From Flavobacteriales bacterium (GTDB lineage Bacteria > Bacteroidota > Bacteroidia > Flavobacteriales_F > PHOS-HE28), in assembly GCA_016721005.1 (NCBI GenBank), contig JADKJM010000007.1:24571-88570 (forward strand): a DNA stretch of 64,000 nt, given 5' to 3'. A program made the translations under genes and the position numbers. Below, in pieces: positions 49,531 to 59,733 of the stretch; positions within the stretch are counted from its first letter, which is position 1; each line of letters opens with the position of its first letter. The notes beneath the pieces were generated by a model, which worked only from the letters and a program-made list of their open reading frames with translations, was not told the DNA's origin and searched no databases.

Positions 49531-49538
49531 TATCTTTG
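49531..49538 (+). promoter_or_regulatory. Bacteroidota -7 promoter element
   Basis: TATCTTTG matches TAnnTTTG, about 40 bp before ATG 49578. Confidence 0.45.
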
Positions 49539-49577
49539 GCATCCTCCGAACGAAAAACCAACCCCAAAACAAGTGCG

Positions 49578-51479
49578 ATGAACAAGATCTTACTCTTGGG
49601 TGGCCTTCTGGTCATCAGCGCATCAGCGGCTGCGCAAACAAGCCGTAACCTACCGAGTGCCAGAACCGTGAAGGCCGATGGTCATGCCGGCTCTGCGGCG
49701 CTCGTGAACGACAACCTCCTTCCTGCCCAGCACACCGATCGCGGTACCTCGTTCTGGTTCGAGGATTTCTCCGGCGGTGCCATTCCTGCGGGTTGGACGA
49801 ACGTGGACATCGGCTCGGCGCCGACCGATCCCCCGGTGACCTTCGTTTGGTCGAATGATCCAACCGCTGTTGGGCCATCTGCGTTGAACTATGTACCCTC
49901 CTCGGTGTTCAATGCCCCTGGAGCCGGTGATGGTTACGTCTGGGCGAACAGCGACCGTGGCCTGCCTGCGGCCCCGGTCCAGAACCACTTGACCCAATTG
50001 ACCACGACCGCGATCGATTGCAGCGGCCAACCTACGGTCCAGCTCAGCTTGAGCGCGCTGATCGGTGTGTTCGACCTGGATGCATCCGACTTCGCCGTAG
50101 TGCGCGTGAGCACGGATATGACCAATTGGACCACCTACCAACTGTTCCCTTGCCTGGTCACCGGTGCAGCGGCGCCTCCTTGCAGCCGTTGGTCCGCCAA
50201 CCCGGAGAACGTCATCGTAGATATCTCCGCCACGGCGGCGGGCCAATCCACGGTCTATCTCCAGTTCCAGTGGGAAGGTCTGTGGGAATACTTCTGGGCG
50301 ATCGATGACATCGTACTCTCGCAATTGCCGGACTACGAGCGTCGCATCGCGAACCTTTACGTGGCGCATGTGGATGGCGGCTACGAGTTCGCTCGTATCC
50401 CCCGGAACCAACTGGGCACCAGCCTCAACCTCGGTGGCGATGTGATCAACCAAGGTGCGAACGACCAGACCAACGTGACCTTGACCGCGACCGTGACCGG
50501 TCCGGGAGGCGTGAACTTCAGCGCAAGCCAGAACTTCGCTGTGATCGCACCGGGTGAAACCGTCAACATGGTACAGGTCGCCACGCTACCTGTCGGGATG
50601 CAGGAGGGTACCTACACCGTGGATTACGCGGTGACCTCCGATCAGGACGCTTCGGAATACAATCCCCTGAATGACGTCTTCACACGCAAATTCCAACTGA
50701 ATGACCTGACCTACTCCATGGATGGGGTGGGGATCCACCCGGCCGCGATCGAGAACCTGACCAGCATGGGAAGCAACAGCTTCACCGGCGCAGCGGACGG
50801 CTTGGAGATCATGACCTATTACGAGTTCCGCAACACGGCCACCGTGTATGGGATCTATGTGGAGATCACCTCCACCACGGTTCCGGGTAGCGCCATCCTG
50901 GCTTCGGTGTATGACACCTTGAGCGTGCTCGGAACACCCGCGAACTTCACCAGTCCACTTGCGCAGAGCGACATCATCACCGTAACTGCGGCTGACGTCG
51001 CCGCAGGCCGCGTACTCGCACCTTTATTGACCCCGGTGGACCTGACGCCGAACGCATACTACGCTTCCGTTCGGTTGTTCAGTTCGGCCAACGCGACGGA
51101 TATCCGTGTGGTGGATGACGTGACCGTGGCCCAGCCGAACATCGCCAGCCTGATATTCATTCCCGGGGATCAGGTGTACACCAACGGAAATGCCAGCGCG
51201 GTGCGGATGGTGTTGGACCAGAACATCTCGGTGAGCGAATTGACTCCTTTGGAAGGCGTATCGGTATCTCCGAACCCGACCAACGGCCTCCTGACCGTGC
51301 GTAGCATCAACGCCGGCACGCACACGATCCAGGTGCTCAATGCCCTTGGTGAAGTGCTGATGACCGACCGCTTTGCGGGTAGCACCTCCATCGATCTGGG
51401 AAGCTTCACAGCTGGTGTGTACTTGGTGCGCGTAAGCACCCCGAACGGCGTATCGGTTCAGCGCGTGACGCGCAACTGA
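49578..51479 (+). CDS. T9SS type A cargo protein
   Basis: Signal peptide; FEDFSGG..PAGW jelly-roll start; CTD VSPNPTNG...IDLGSFTAGVYLVRV. Confidence 0.88.
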   Translation: MNKILLLGGLLVISASAAAQTSRNLPSARTVKADGHAGSAALVNDNLLPAQHTDRGTSFWFEDFSGGAIPAGWTNVDIGSAPTDPPVTFVWSNDPTAVGPSALNYVPSSVFNAPGAGDGYVWANSDRGLPAAPVQNHLTQLTTTAIDCSGQPTVQLSLSALIGVFDLDASDFAVVRVSTDMTNWTTYQLFPCLVTGAAAPPCSRWSANPENVIVDISATAAGQSTVYLQFQWEGLWEYFWAIDDIVLSQLPDYERRIANLYVAHVDGGYEFARIPRNQLGTSLNLGGDVINQGANDQTNVTLTATVTGPGGVNFSASQNFAVIAPGETVNMVQVATLPVGMQEGTYTVDYAVTSDQDASEYNPLNDVFTRKFQLNDLTYSMDGVGIHPAAIENLTSMGSNSFTGAADGLEIMTYYEFRNTATVYGIYVEITSTTVPGSAILASVYDTLSVLGTPANFTSPLAQSDIITVTAADVAAGRVLAPLLTPVDLTPNAYYASVRLFSSANATDIRVVDDVTVAQPNIASLIFIPGDQVYTNGNASAVRMVLDQNISVSELTPLEGVSVSPNPTNGLLTVRSINAGTHTIQVLNALGEVLMTDRFAGSTSIDLGSFTAGVYLVRVSTPNGVSVQRVTRN

Positions 51480-51497
51480 TCCTGAACAATTCCTGTA

Positions 51498-51537
51498 GGA
51501 ACCCCGCCCGGCGCAAGCCAGGCGGGGTTCCTGCTTT
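51498..51537 (+). terminator. Rho-independent terminator
   Basis: GGAACCCCGCC...GGCGGGGTTCC followed by TGCTTTT. Confidence 0.75.
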
Positions 51538-51660
51538 TCAGGGGTGCTGAATGGATCCACGTTGCAGTCCGGTCCGGCGATGATCAGCGGGCAAGCCTGC
51601 TCCGGATTGATCCCTCGTTCGCTACGCGATGCCTCAGGGCCGTCCTATCATGGAAATGAT

Positions 51661-51696
51661 GAAGGGGCCGTCTCGCGGTTGCGAGACAGCCCCTTC
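51661..51696 (-). terminator. Hairpin downstream of the DUF2911 gene
   Basis: GAAGGGGCCGTCTCGC-ggtt-GCGAGACAGCCCCTTC. Confidence 0.6.
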
Positions 51697-51718
51697 GCCC
51701 GACTGAATGATCCCGGAT

Positions 51719-52573
51719 CTACTTCGCGGTTCCCGCCGGTGCGCGGCGCCACTCCAGGATCCGCTCCCGGAACAATTTCACATACGCCTCACTCTTCTCC
51801 TCCTGCGCGACCTTCATGCCTTCTTCCGCCGTGGCGATGGCCTCCTTGGTATTCCCGTTCGCAGCCTGTGCGAGCGCCAAGGTGTAAAGGCTCCAGTACT
51901 TCTTCTCCATGCTTACGCTCTTCGTGGCCCATTGCAAGGCCTCCACGAGCATCATTCCCCGATCCACGCAGAATCGTGCGCTCCGGTTGTAGGCCCCGGC
52001 TCCGGGAGAAGGCTCTGCCAACGCTGCCCGGATGTTCGCCAAGCCTTGCTTGGTCGCATCGGCGAACAGGCCGATGCGGATCACGCGGCTTTCCCAGGAC
52101 ATGACCAGATCCGCCTTATCATCCTTCACATTCGCGAAGGAGAACGTGAAGGTCTCGATCGGTTCGTACGACTTGCCGACGACGACCTTCACGCGCAGGA
52201 CATCGGCCTCCTCCTTGCGGTCCCCCTCACCCCAAAGCGAAGTGTCCTTGTTGAAGATGATCGTCCACACTTCTTCCCCGGGAATGGTGAACAAGGAGTA
52301 GATCCCCGCTGGCAGCTCCACTCCTTCCACCTTCACCGGCCCGTCCGCTTGGAAGGTGGTGCACTTGTTCGCCCCGGTACGCCACACTTTCCCGTAAGGC
52401 ACCAGATCACCGAAGATCTTCCGGTCCCGCATACTAGGGCGCGAATAGTCCACTTTGATGGTGGTGAGCCCGACCACTTGTTCAACGTGTCCGGAGGGAC
52501 TCGGCTGCGGCAGTTGTTGGGCGAAGGCCAAAAAGGGAACAACGGAAAGCGTGGTCAATATCGCGACTCTCAT
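51719..52573 (-). CDS. DUF2911 domain protein
   Basis: PQPSP...V.Q.VGLT.I.VDYSRPSMRDR.IFG.LVPYG.VWRTGAN. Confidence 0.92.
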   Translation of the reverse strand: MRVAILTTLSVVPFLAFAQQLPQPSPSGHVEQVVGLTTIKVDYSRPSMRDRKIFGDLVPYGKVWRTGANKCTTFQADGPVKVEGVELPAGIYSLFTIPGEEVWTIIFNKDTSLWGEGDRKEEADVLRVKVVVGKSYEPIETFTFSFANVKDDKADLVMSWESRVIRIGLFADATKQGLANIRAALAEPSPGAGAYNRSARFCVDRGMMLVEALQWATKSVSMEKKYWSLYTLALAQAANGNTKEAIATAEEGMKVAQEEKSEAYVKLFRERILEWRRAPAGTAK

Positions 52574-52635
52574 GAGTATGGTTTGGGATCCGATGGGTTG
52601 GTCCACCGGGGCCACAAAATAAGACCTCGATCAGG

Positions 52636-53874
52636 TCAGGCCACCTTCAGGTTGCTTAAGCGCGAGCGATCGAATTTCTCCCGGGCGTAGCTCAGCGTAA
52701 CGCGCAATTCGCTCGGACGCTCCGGCGCACCGGGCATCTCGTACATCGCGTCGGTCATGATGGCCTCACAAATGCTGCGCAAACCGCGCGCGCCCAACTT
52801 ATACTCGAACGCACGCTCTACAATGAAGTCGAGCACCTTCTTGTCAAAAGTGAGCTTCACCTTATCCATATCGAAGAGCTTCACGTACTGCTTGATCAGT
52901 GCGTTCTTCGGTTCGGTGAGGATCCGGCGAAGGCTTTCGCGATCCAATGGATCCAAATAGGTGAGCACAGGGAAACGCCCGATGAGTTCGGGGATCAGAC
53001 CGTAGCTCCGAAGGTCGGTAGGACCAACATACTGGAGAAGGTTGTCATCGTCGATCCGACCATCCTTGCTGGCGCTGTAACCAACGGCGCTGCTCTTCAC
53101 GCGCCGGGCGATGATCTTCTGGATGCCATCGAACGCACCACCGCAGATGAAGAGAATGTTCTTCGTCTCCACCTGGATGAGCTTCTGCTCCGGATGCTTA
53201 CGGCCACCTTGTGGGGGTACGTTCACCGTACTGCCCTCAAGCAACTTCAGCAACGCCTGCTGAACGCCTTCACCACTCACATCGCGCGTGATGCTCGGGG
53301 TATCACTCTTGCGACTGATCTTATCGATCTCATCAATGAAGACGATGCCGCGTTCAGCCTTGCTCACATCGTAATCCGCTGCTTGTAGGAGGCGGCTGAG
53401 GATGCTTTCCACGTCCTCGCCCACATACCCCGCCTCGGTGAGCACCGTAGCGTCGGCAATGGCGAAAGGGACATTCAACATGCGTGCGATGGTCCGGGCC
53501 AAGAGGGTCTTTCCGCTGCCGGTCTCGCCCACGAGGATGATGTTGCTCTTCTCGATCTCCACATCGTCCACCGAGGTAGTGGGTTTCTGGAGCAAGCGCT
53601 TGTAGTGGTTGTACACGGCCACGCTCAGCACCTTCTTGGCATCGTCCTGCCCGATCACGTACTCATCCAGAAAGCGCTTGATGTCGGACGGGCGCTGCAT
53701 GATCAAGCTGCCCTCCATCTCCGTGCGGGACCGCTGGCTCAATTCCTCGCTGATGATGTTCTGCGCCTGCGCGATGCAGCTATCACAGATATGACCCGTG
53801 ATACCGGCGATGAGGACGTTCGTGTCCTGTTTGTCGCGCCCGCAGAAGGAGCACTTGATCTCTTTCTTGTCCAT
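52636..53874 (-). CDS. clpX: ATP-dependent Clp protease ATPase ClpX
   Basis: CSFCG zinc finger, [39 protein letters not shown]. Confidence 0.98.
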   Translation of the reverse strand: MDKKEIKCSFCGRDKQDTNVLIAGITGHICDSCIAQAQNIISEELSQRSRTEMEGSLIMQRPSDIKRFLDEYVIGQDDAKKVLSVAVYNHYKRLLQKPTTSVDDVEIEKSNIILVGETGSGKTLLARTIARMLNVPFAIADATVLTEAGYVGEDVESILSRLLQAADYDVSKAERGIVFIDEIDKISRKSDTPSITRDVSGEGVQQALLKLLEGSTVNVPPQGGRKHPEQKLIQVETKNILFICGGAFDGIQKIIARRVKSSAVGYSASKDGRIDDDNLLQYVGPTDLRSYGLIPELIGRFPVLTYLDPLDRESLRRILTEPKNALIKQYVKLFDMDKVKLTFDKKVLDFIVERAFEYKLGARGLRSICEAIMTDAMYEMPGAPERPSELRVTLSYAREKFDRSRLSNLKVA

Positions 53875-53999
53875 GGATGGTTGCCAAAGGACCGGCATAC
53901 GCCGGAAAGGCCCCGCAAGATACATCCCGACGTCAGCGACAGTCCCAACAGCCGCTTGAGTCAGGTTATTATTGACAACTTTGCCGGAAATTCCATCGG

Positions 54000-54863
54000 A
54001 TGGGAACCCTCAAAGGCCTAGTCAAGAATATCCCGCTCACTGCTGGGCTTCAACGATGGTACGGCAACATGATGGCCGTGCAGCGTGGGACCCGGATCAT
54101 TAAAGCGATCGCCAGTTCCCCATACCCGCAGGGCGCTGCCATCGCCCATGCGGTCGCTTCAATCGGGCAGATGCCTGCGGGGGGCGAACTGGAGGACATC
54201 AATGCAATTGAGGCCCAGCGCCGGAAGTACCTCTCCAGGAACGATCAACTTGTGGACGGGACTTTGGGCGATGGAGGCCTTTACGATAATGAGGTGACCA
54301 TTCGTGAAGCATTCGGGGTAAGCAAATCGCCCAAACCGGCCATTTTCCTCTACATGTTGATCCGCGCCCTGAAACCCAGTACCGTTCTGGAACTCGGTAC
54401 CAACACTGGAATCTCCTCGGCGTTCATAGCCTCTGCCCTCAAACGAAACGGCGAGGGAAGGGTCGTCACATTGGACGCGTCATCCTACCGGCAACGACTT
54501 GCACGCGAAATGCACCAAAACCTTGGCTTGACCAACGTGAGTTACGTGAACGGGTTGTTCACCGACACATTAGACAGTGTGCTGTCCGATATGCGCGAAA
54601 TTGACCTCGCATTCATCGATGGGCACCATCTGTACCAGCCCACCTTGGATTATTTCACGTAGATCGCTCCGTTCGCAACCAAGGATGCGGTCTTCTTGTT
54701 CGATGACATCAGTTGGTCCGATGGCATGAAGCGCGCTTGGTCCGAACTTCAGCACGACAGCCGCACGGGACTTGCGGTGGACCTTTCCTCCGTTGGGCTC
54801 ATAACCCTACGAAAGAATGAGATAACAGGTACCCACGTGATGGAGCAGCTCCACTCCTTGTAG
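54000..54863 (+). pseudogene. Class I SAM methyltransferase (Methyltransf_24-like) interrupted by an in-frame TAG at 54660-54662
   Basis: VLELGTNTGISS, AFIDGHH.YQPTLDYF then stop; the same frame resumes IAPFATKDAVFLFDDISWSDGMKRAW. Confidence 0.85.
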
Positions 54864-54899
54864 GAGCGGAGCTTTCTACACGATCTTGGGCGGACTTTC

Positions 54900-55565
54900 T
54901 CACTTACTCCGCACCAGCAATTCGTCGATCATGCCGTAGGCCTTGGCCTCTTCGGCGATCATCCAATAGTCGCGGTCGCCGTCCTTCTCCACCTTCTCGA
55001 ACGTTTGCCCGCTGTGGTTGCTGATGATCTCGTACAGTTCCTTCTTCAGCTTCTTGATCTCGTTCACGGTGATCTCCATATCCGTGGCCTGGCCTTCGGC
55101 GCCGCCCATGGGCTGGTGGATCATCACCCGCGCATGCTTGAGCGCACTGCGCTTGCCCTTGGTGCCTGCGCACAGCAGCACGGCGCCCATGCTGGCGGCC
55201 ATACCGGTGCAGATGGTGGCCACATCGGGGTTGATGTACTGCATGGTGTCATAGATCCCGAGCCCAGCGTACACGCCGCCACCGGGGCTGTTCAGGTAGA
55301 TCTGGATGTCCTTCTTGGCGTCCACGCTTTCCAGGAACAGGAGCTGCGCTTGGATGATGTTGGCCACCTGATCGTTGATGCCCGTGCCGAGGAAGATGAT
55401 GCGGTCCATCATCAAGCGGCTGAAGACGTCCATCTGCGCCACGTTCAGTTGGCGTTCCTCGATGATGTACGGCGTCATTGATGCATTGACGTACCCGTTG
55501 AGGGCCGTGCTGGTGATGCCGCGGTGCTTCACCGCGTATTTCTGGAATTCGTCCTTTGGGAACAT
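54900..55565 (-). CDS. clpP: Clp protease proteolytic subunit
   Basis: MDVFSRLMMDRIIFLG, YLNSPGG, GMAASMGA, RVMIHQP. Confidence 0.98.
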   Translation of the reverse strand: MFPKDEFQKYAVKHRGITSTALNGYVNASMTPYIIEERQLNVAQMDVFSRLMMDRIIFLGTGINDQVANIIQAQLLFLESVDAKKDIQIYLNSPGGGVYAGLGIYDTMQYINPDVATICTGMAASMGAVLLCAGTKGKRSALKHARVMIHQPMGGAEGQATDMEITVNEIKKLKKELYEIISNHSGQTFEKVEKDGDRDYWMIAEEAKAYGMIDELLVRSK

Positions 55566-55610
55566 CCGGTGCGTGTTTGGGGCTGAAGTACGTTGATCCG
55601 AACGTGCGAC

Positions 55611-56963
55611 CTACGCCGTTCGGGCCAAGTTTACGAACTCATCGAAGCTCACTTTTCGCTCCGCCGGGGCAAGTGCGGATCGGAAGTGCATGGTGATCTT
55701 CTGCTGTACGATGGTGTCGCGCATGCGTTTGATCTGCTCGCGGTCGCCCAAGAGGCGACCTGCCATTTCTTGGAGCTTCGGTCCTTCGGGCGCTGGCATG
55801 CCGTACTGCCCGAACTGGTCCACGATGTACCGGATGGCGAAATCGTTCATTTCCTCCCCGCGCGCTTCCAATCCGAATTTCTCGATCACATGATCCTCCA
55901 CGAGTTGGCGCTTCAGGCCTTCCACGTAACCCAGATATCCTTCTTCCACTTGTTCAATGGTGATCGGCTCCTGACTGGTCTCCTTGATCCACCGCTTCAG
56001 GAAACCGTCCGGCAAACTGATGCGGGCTTGGTCCTGTAGCGCTTTCATGACCAAGCGCTTGAACACCCGATCGCTATCGCGCATGAAACTGCGTTCCAGG
56101 CCTTCCTTTGCCTTGGCGCGGAATCCGGCCTCGTCCGCCACGGCATCCTTGCCAAGGACGCGATCGAAAAGGTCCTGGTCCAACGGAACAGGGATCATCC
56201 GTTTGATCTCCGCAATGCGGAAGAGGAAATTGCCGGATACGTCATGCACGCGGTCGTGGTCAATACCGAGCATGCGCGCCAGATCCTCGTGATCCCGACT
56301 CACCTTGTGCGGATCCACGGTCACTTCATCGCCCACCGTCTTTCCTGTCAGGAGCGCTTTGGTAGCGGCGTCCTCCAGGTATTCCAAGCTGACGGTGGCG
56401 CGGTGCATGATCCCGCCTTCCTTGATCGCACCCTCCTCATTCAACTCGATCATGTCACCAAGGAGCATGTCCTTGTCCTCGCTCGAGGTGCCATCCTCCA
56501 ACTTGCCGAAGCGGCGCTGCATGTCGGTCACTTCGCGTTGGATCAGGTCCTCGTTCACATCCACGATCGGCAGTTCCACTTTCACGCGTTCCAGGTCCAC
56601 ATCGATGTTCGGTGCCATACCCAGCTCATAGGCGAATTCGAATTCGCCGGGTTCATCCCAATTGTTGGTATCCACCTGCTCCGCCTTCGGCAAGGGTTGC
56701 CCGAGCACGCGGATCGCATTGGTGTTCAGGTATTCGCGCAGGTTCTCGTCGATCAGGCGTTCCACTTCATTCAACAGGACGCCTCGGCCCACCCGTTTCT
56801 TGATCAGCGTCATGGGTACTTGGCCGGGCCGGAAGCCGGGTAGTACAGCGTTCTTGCGTTGTTCCTTCAAGGCTTTCTCCACTCCGGGGTTGTAGTCCTC
56901 GGGGGTCAGCTTCACCCTCAAGGTGGCGGTGAGCGTGCCGGTCTCTTCGCGTTGGATGTTCAT
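55611..56963 (-). CDS. tig: Trigger factor
   Basis: PGFRPGQVP signature; tig-clpP-clpX order. Confidence 0.93.
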   Translation of the reverse strand: MNIQREETGTLTATLRVKLTPEDYNPGVEKALKEQRKNAVLPGFRPGQVPMTLIKKRVGRGVLLNEVERLIDENLREYLNTNAIRVLGQPLPKAEQVDTNNWDEPGEFEFAYELGMAPNIDVDLERVKVELPIVDVNEDLIQREVTDMQRRFGKLEDGTSSEDKDMLLGDMIELNEEGAIKEGGIMHRATVSLEYLEDAATKALLTGKTVGDEVTVDPHKVSRDHEDLARMLGIDHDRVHDVSGNFLFRIAEIKRMIPVPLDQDLFDRVLGKDAVADEAGFRAKAKEGLERSFMRDSDRVFKRLVMKALQDQARISLPDGFLKRWIKETSQEPITIEQVEEGYLGYVEGLKRQLVEDHVIEKFGLEARGEEMNDFAIRYIVDQFGQYGMPAPEGPKLQEMAGRLLGDREQIKRMRDTIVQQKITMHFRSALAPAERKVSFDEFVNLARTA

Positions 56964-57039
56964 GGTCGAAAGCGTTGCGCGTTCGCGCGTTGCGTGTTAC
57001 GGGTTGAATGCTCGCCTTTGCGCTTGCTTCGGCGACTTG

Positions 57040-57121
57040 TACGGACGGGGGGACTCGAACCCCCACACCTTGCAGTACTGGATCCTAAGTCCAGCGCGTC
57101 TACCAATTCCGCCACGTCCGT
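57040..57121 (-). tRNA. tRNA-Leu (anticodon TAG)
   Basis: Reverse complement ACGGACG TGGCGGAATTGGTAGACGC GCTGGAC-TTAG-GATCCAG long variable arm GGGGGTTCGAGTCCCCC CGTCCGT A; CCA not encoded. Confidence 0.95.
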
Positions 57122-57234
57122 GGGTCTTGAAAAATGGACCGCGAAGGTAGTGGACACCCGCGCTTTCGAGACCGGTGAAGATCGCGCGGAACCGTACTCG
57201 ACCCCTCGTTTACCTTCGGCCCCTCTTTCATTCG

Positions 57235-58131
57235 ATGAAGCATTTCGATCCGGCGCAACTCACGATCCCCGAAGTCCACGGCTACTTGCTCGGCGCGATC
57301 GGGCCACGTCCCATCGCCTTCGCCAGCACCATCGATGCGCAGGGTCGCCCGAACCTGAGTCCGTTCAGCTTCTTCAATTGCTTCGGCGCGAATCCACCGC
57401 TTCTCATCTTCAGTCCGGCGCGGCGCGGACGAGACAACACGACCAAGCACAGCTTCCACAATGTGCAGGCGGTTCCCGAAGTGGTGATCAATGTGGTCAC
57501 GTACGCTATGGTGCAACAGATGTCATTGGCCAGCGGCGAATACCCGGAAGGCGTGAACGAATTCGAGAAGGCAGGATTCACGGCGATCGCCTCGGAGAAA
57601 GTGAAGCCTTTCCGCGTGAAGGAAAGTCCGGTCCAATTCGAATGCGTGGTGAAGCAGGTGATCAAGACCGGTACCGGTGGCGGTGCAGGCAATCTGGTGA
57701 TCTGTGAAGTGGTGATGATCCATGTGGACGAGAACGTGCTCGATGCCAATGGCCGGATCGATCAACGGAAGATCGATCTGGTGGGCCGCATGGGTGGGCA
57801 CACCTATGCACGCGCACACGGCGATGCGCTCTTCGAACTGCCGCAGCCCAACACCCATATCGGTGTCGGCGTGGACGCCCTCCCCGCCGAAGCACGATCG
57901 AGCACGATCCTGACCGGGAACGATCTGGGCCGACTCGGTGCCGCGACCACCATTCCGGACGAAACCAGTGTGAACGAATACAAACTCACCGAGTTGAGTG
58001 ATACCTTCATCACCCTGCAAAACAAACCCGAAGCATTGCGCGATTCATTGCACCGACACGCCCAGGACCTGCTTGCGCAGGGCCGCGTGGAAGAAGCATG
58101 GAAGACGCTCCTCTCCTTCAACGCACGCTAG
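57235..58131 (+). CDS. Flavin reductase-like domain protein
   Basis: GPRPIAFAST....G.PNLSPFSFFN, RVKESPVQFEC, DLVGRMGG..Y. Confidence 0.9.
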   Translation: MKHFDPAQLTIPEVHGYLLGAIGPRPIAFASTIDAQGRPNLSPFSFFNCFGANPPLLIFSPARRGRDNTTKHSFHNVQAVPEVVINVVTYAMVQQMSLASGEYPEGVNEFEKAGFTAIASEKVKPFRVKESPVQFECVVKQVIKTGTGGGAGNLVICEVVMIHVDENVLDANGRIDQRKIDLVGRMGGHTYARAHGDALFELPQPNTHIGVGVDALPAEARSSTILTGNDLGRLGAATTIPDETSVNEYKLTELSDTFITLQNKPEALRDSLHRHAQDLLAQGRVEEAWKTLLSFNAR

Positions 58132-58178
58132 GCCTCAGCCCCGCAAAGCATTCCCCGAACACTCAATCCAAACACGCC

Positions 58179-58570
58179 ATGGCACAAGTAACCATCACCG
58201 GAACCATCAAGGTCGTTGGCCAGACCGTACAGGTCAGCGAGAAATTCAGCAAACGCGAGATCGTGATCACCGAGCAATCGGGACAATACCCACAATTGAT
58301 CCGATCGAATTCAAGCAGGACAAGACCGGCCTCTTGGACGGCTTCAACCCTGGTGATGAGGTGAGCGTGATGTGCTACGTCGGCGGTCGCGAGTGGACCG
58401 GCAAGGATGGTGTGACCAAGTACTTCCTCAGCCTTAGCGGCAACCGGATCGAGCGCGCAGGTGCTACTACAAGCACCCCAGCGCCTTCAGGCACACGACA
58501 GAACGCTCCGACGCCAAGCATGGCGGATGCACCTCCCGCAGCCGGTGAGGAGGACGATCTGCCGTTCTAG
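58179..58570 (+). pseudogene. DUF3127 (SSB-like) protein with a 1-bp frameshift near 58301
   Basis: The frame starting at 58179 gives FSKREIVITE..GQYPQLI; the next frame continues IEFKQDK...GGREW...KYFLSL...EEDDLPF. Confidence 0.8.
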
Positions 58571-59733
58571 ATCTCACGGAATAATTCGTGCGGGCCTCGG
58601 GTCCGCACGCGTCGGCCTTTCCATAAGGGCCGAAGGAACGGTGAGACCATGGCGATCACGGGTGCGTAACCCGTGAAGGCGATCATGCTCACCAGCGTTC
58701 CCATCAAGCTCGCTGGTTGACCGAAGCGCGTGCGCACCGATCGTACCAACATGAGCACCGGTACGATCCACATGCACCACGCCGCGAAAAGCAGCGACGT
58801 GGTGAACAATGCGTGGTCCCCGATCCGTGGGGCGCAGGTGATCGATGTGATCAACAAGCCCCACGGGTAGAGCAGCGCCATCGACCCGAGCAGGTTAGAG
58901 CCACCACGAACGCCGTGCATCTTTCCGGCCCAGCGCAAGCGTTGCTGGATCATCGGTCCGAGGCCATTCATTGCCTGCGCAATTACAGCAGCATCAGGGT
59001 CGAAGTGTCCGGTAACGGTTCCGCCGTTGTGCTTTATGCGCTGCAAGAGGAAGACATCATCACCACTCGACGATCGGTCGCCTTCGTATCCGTTGGCTGC
59101 AACGAACGCGGCCTTGGTGAATGCGAGGTTCGCACCGTAGGCCAACGCAGGTGATCCGGATCCTGAGGTTCCGATCGCCATTCCCAGAAGCGCCGCTTGT
59201 TCATCAACCTGCAACCCGCCGAGGATCCCGCTGCCGGTTGTCCAGACGGGAAGGACGATCAACGCACTTTGCTTCATTTGCCAATGCTCCGCTATGGAAG
59301 CCAGTCGCCTTGGTCCGCAACGCACGTCCGCATCCGTAAGCACGATCAATTCGCCCTTCGCCGCTTCAACGGCGGTAGTGATCGCTGCCTTCTTTCCGGC
59401 TCCGTTATTCGGAAGCAGCCGAAGCCGTGGCCAACGCGCGATCATTTCCTGAACGATCGTGCTCGTTCGGTCGGTGCTCTGGTCATCCACCACGATCACC
59501 TCCATGCGATCGCGTGGGTGATCCTGTGCATACAAGTCCTGCAATATCCCCGCGATCCCTGCCTCTTCATCGCGTGCAGGAACGATCACTGAAATGAACG
59601 GAACGGCTTCATTACCACCTCGCTCTCCGGAAGCTTCCGTTTGCCGAATGGCATGCGTCCATCCACCGATCACAGCCGCGAACACAAGTCCGATCGCGAA
59701 CAGGATCAACGCGATGAGTAAGCACGTGCTCAT
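58567..59733 (-). CDS. Glycosyltransferase family 2
   Basis: SVIVPARDEE, VDDQSTD, GKKAA, LTDAD, GANLAF, SGDDVFL, QRLRWA. Confidence 0.92.
   Translation of the reverse strand: MSTCLLIALILFAIGLVFAAVIGGWTHAIRQTEASGERGGNEAVPFISVIVPARDEEAGIAGILQDLYAQDHPRDRMEVIVVDDQSTDRTSTIVQEMIARWPRLRLLPNNGAGKKAAITTAVEAAKGELIVLTDADVRCGPRRLASIAEHWQMKQSALIVLPVWTTGSGILGGLQVDEQAALLGMAIGTSGSGSPALAYGANLAFTKAAFVAANGYEGDRSSSGDDVFLLQRIKHNGGTVTGHFDPDAAVIAQAMNGLGPMIQQRLRWAGKMHGVRGGSNLLGSMALLYPWGLLITSITCAPRIGDHALFTTSLLFAAWCMWIVPVLMLVRSVRTRFGQPASLMGTLVSMIAFTGYAPVIAMVSPFLRPLWKGRRVRTRGPHELFREI

Noticed and set aside
54660-54662. Genome-wide amber reassignment or pyrrolysine
   Set aside because: msrB, lptE, secG, mksB and others terminate at TAG at their expected ends; no pyl genes were seen
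57040-57121. tRNA-Leu as the integration site of the accessory region
   Set aside because: It is flanked by core genes; no duplicated tRNA 3' end or integrase was noticed in the window
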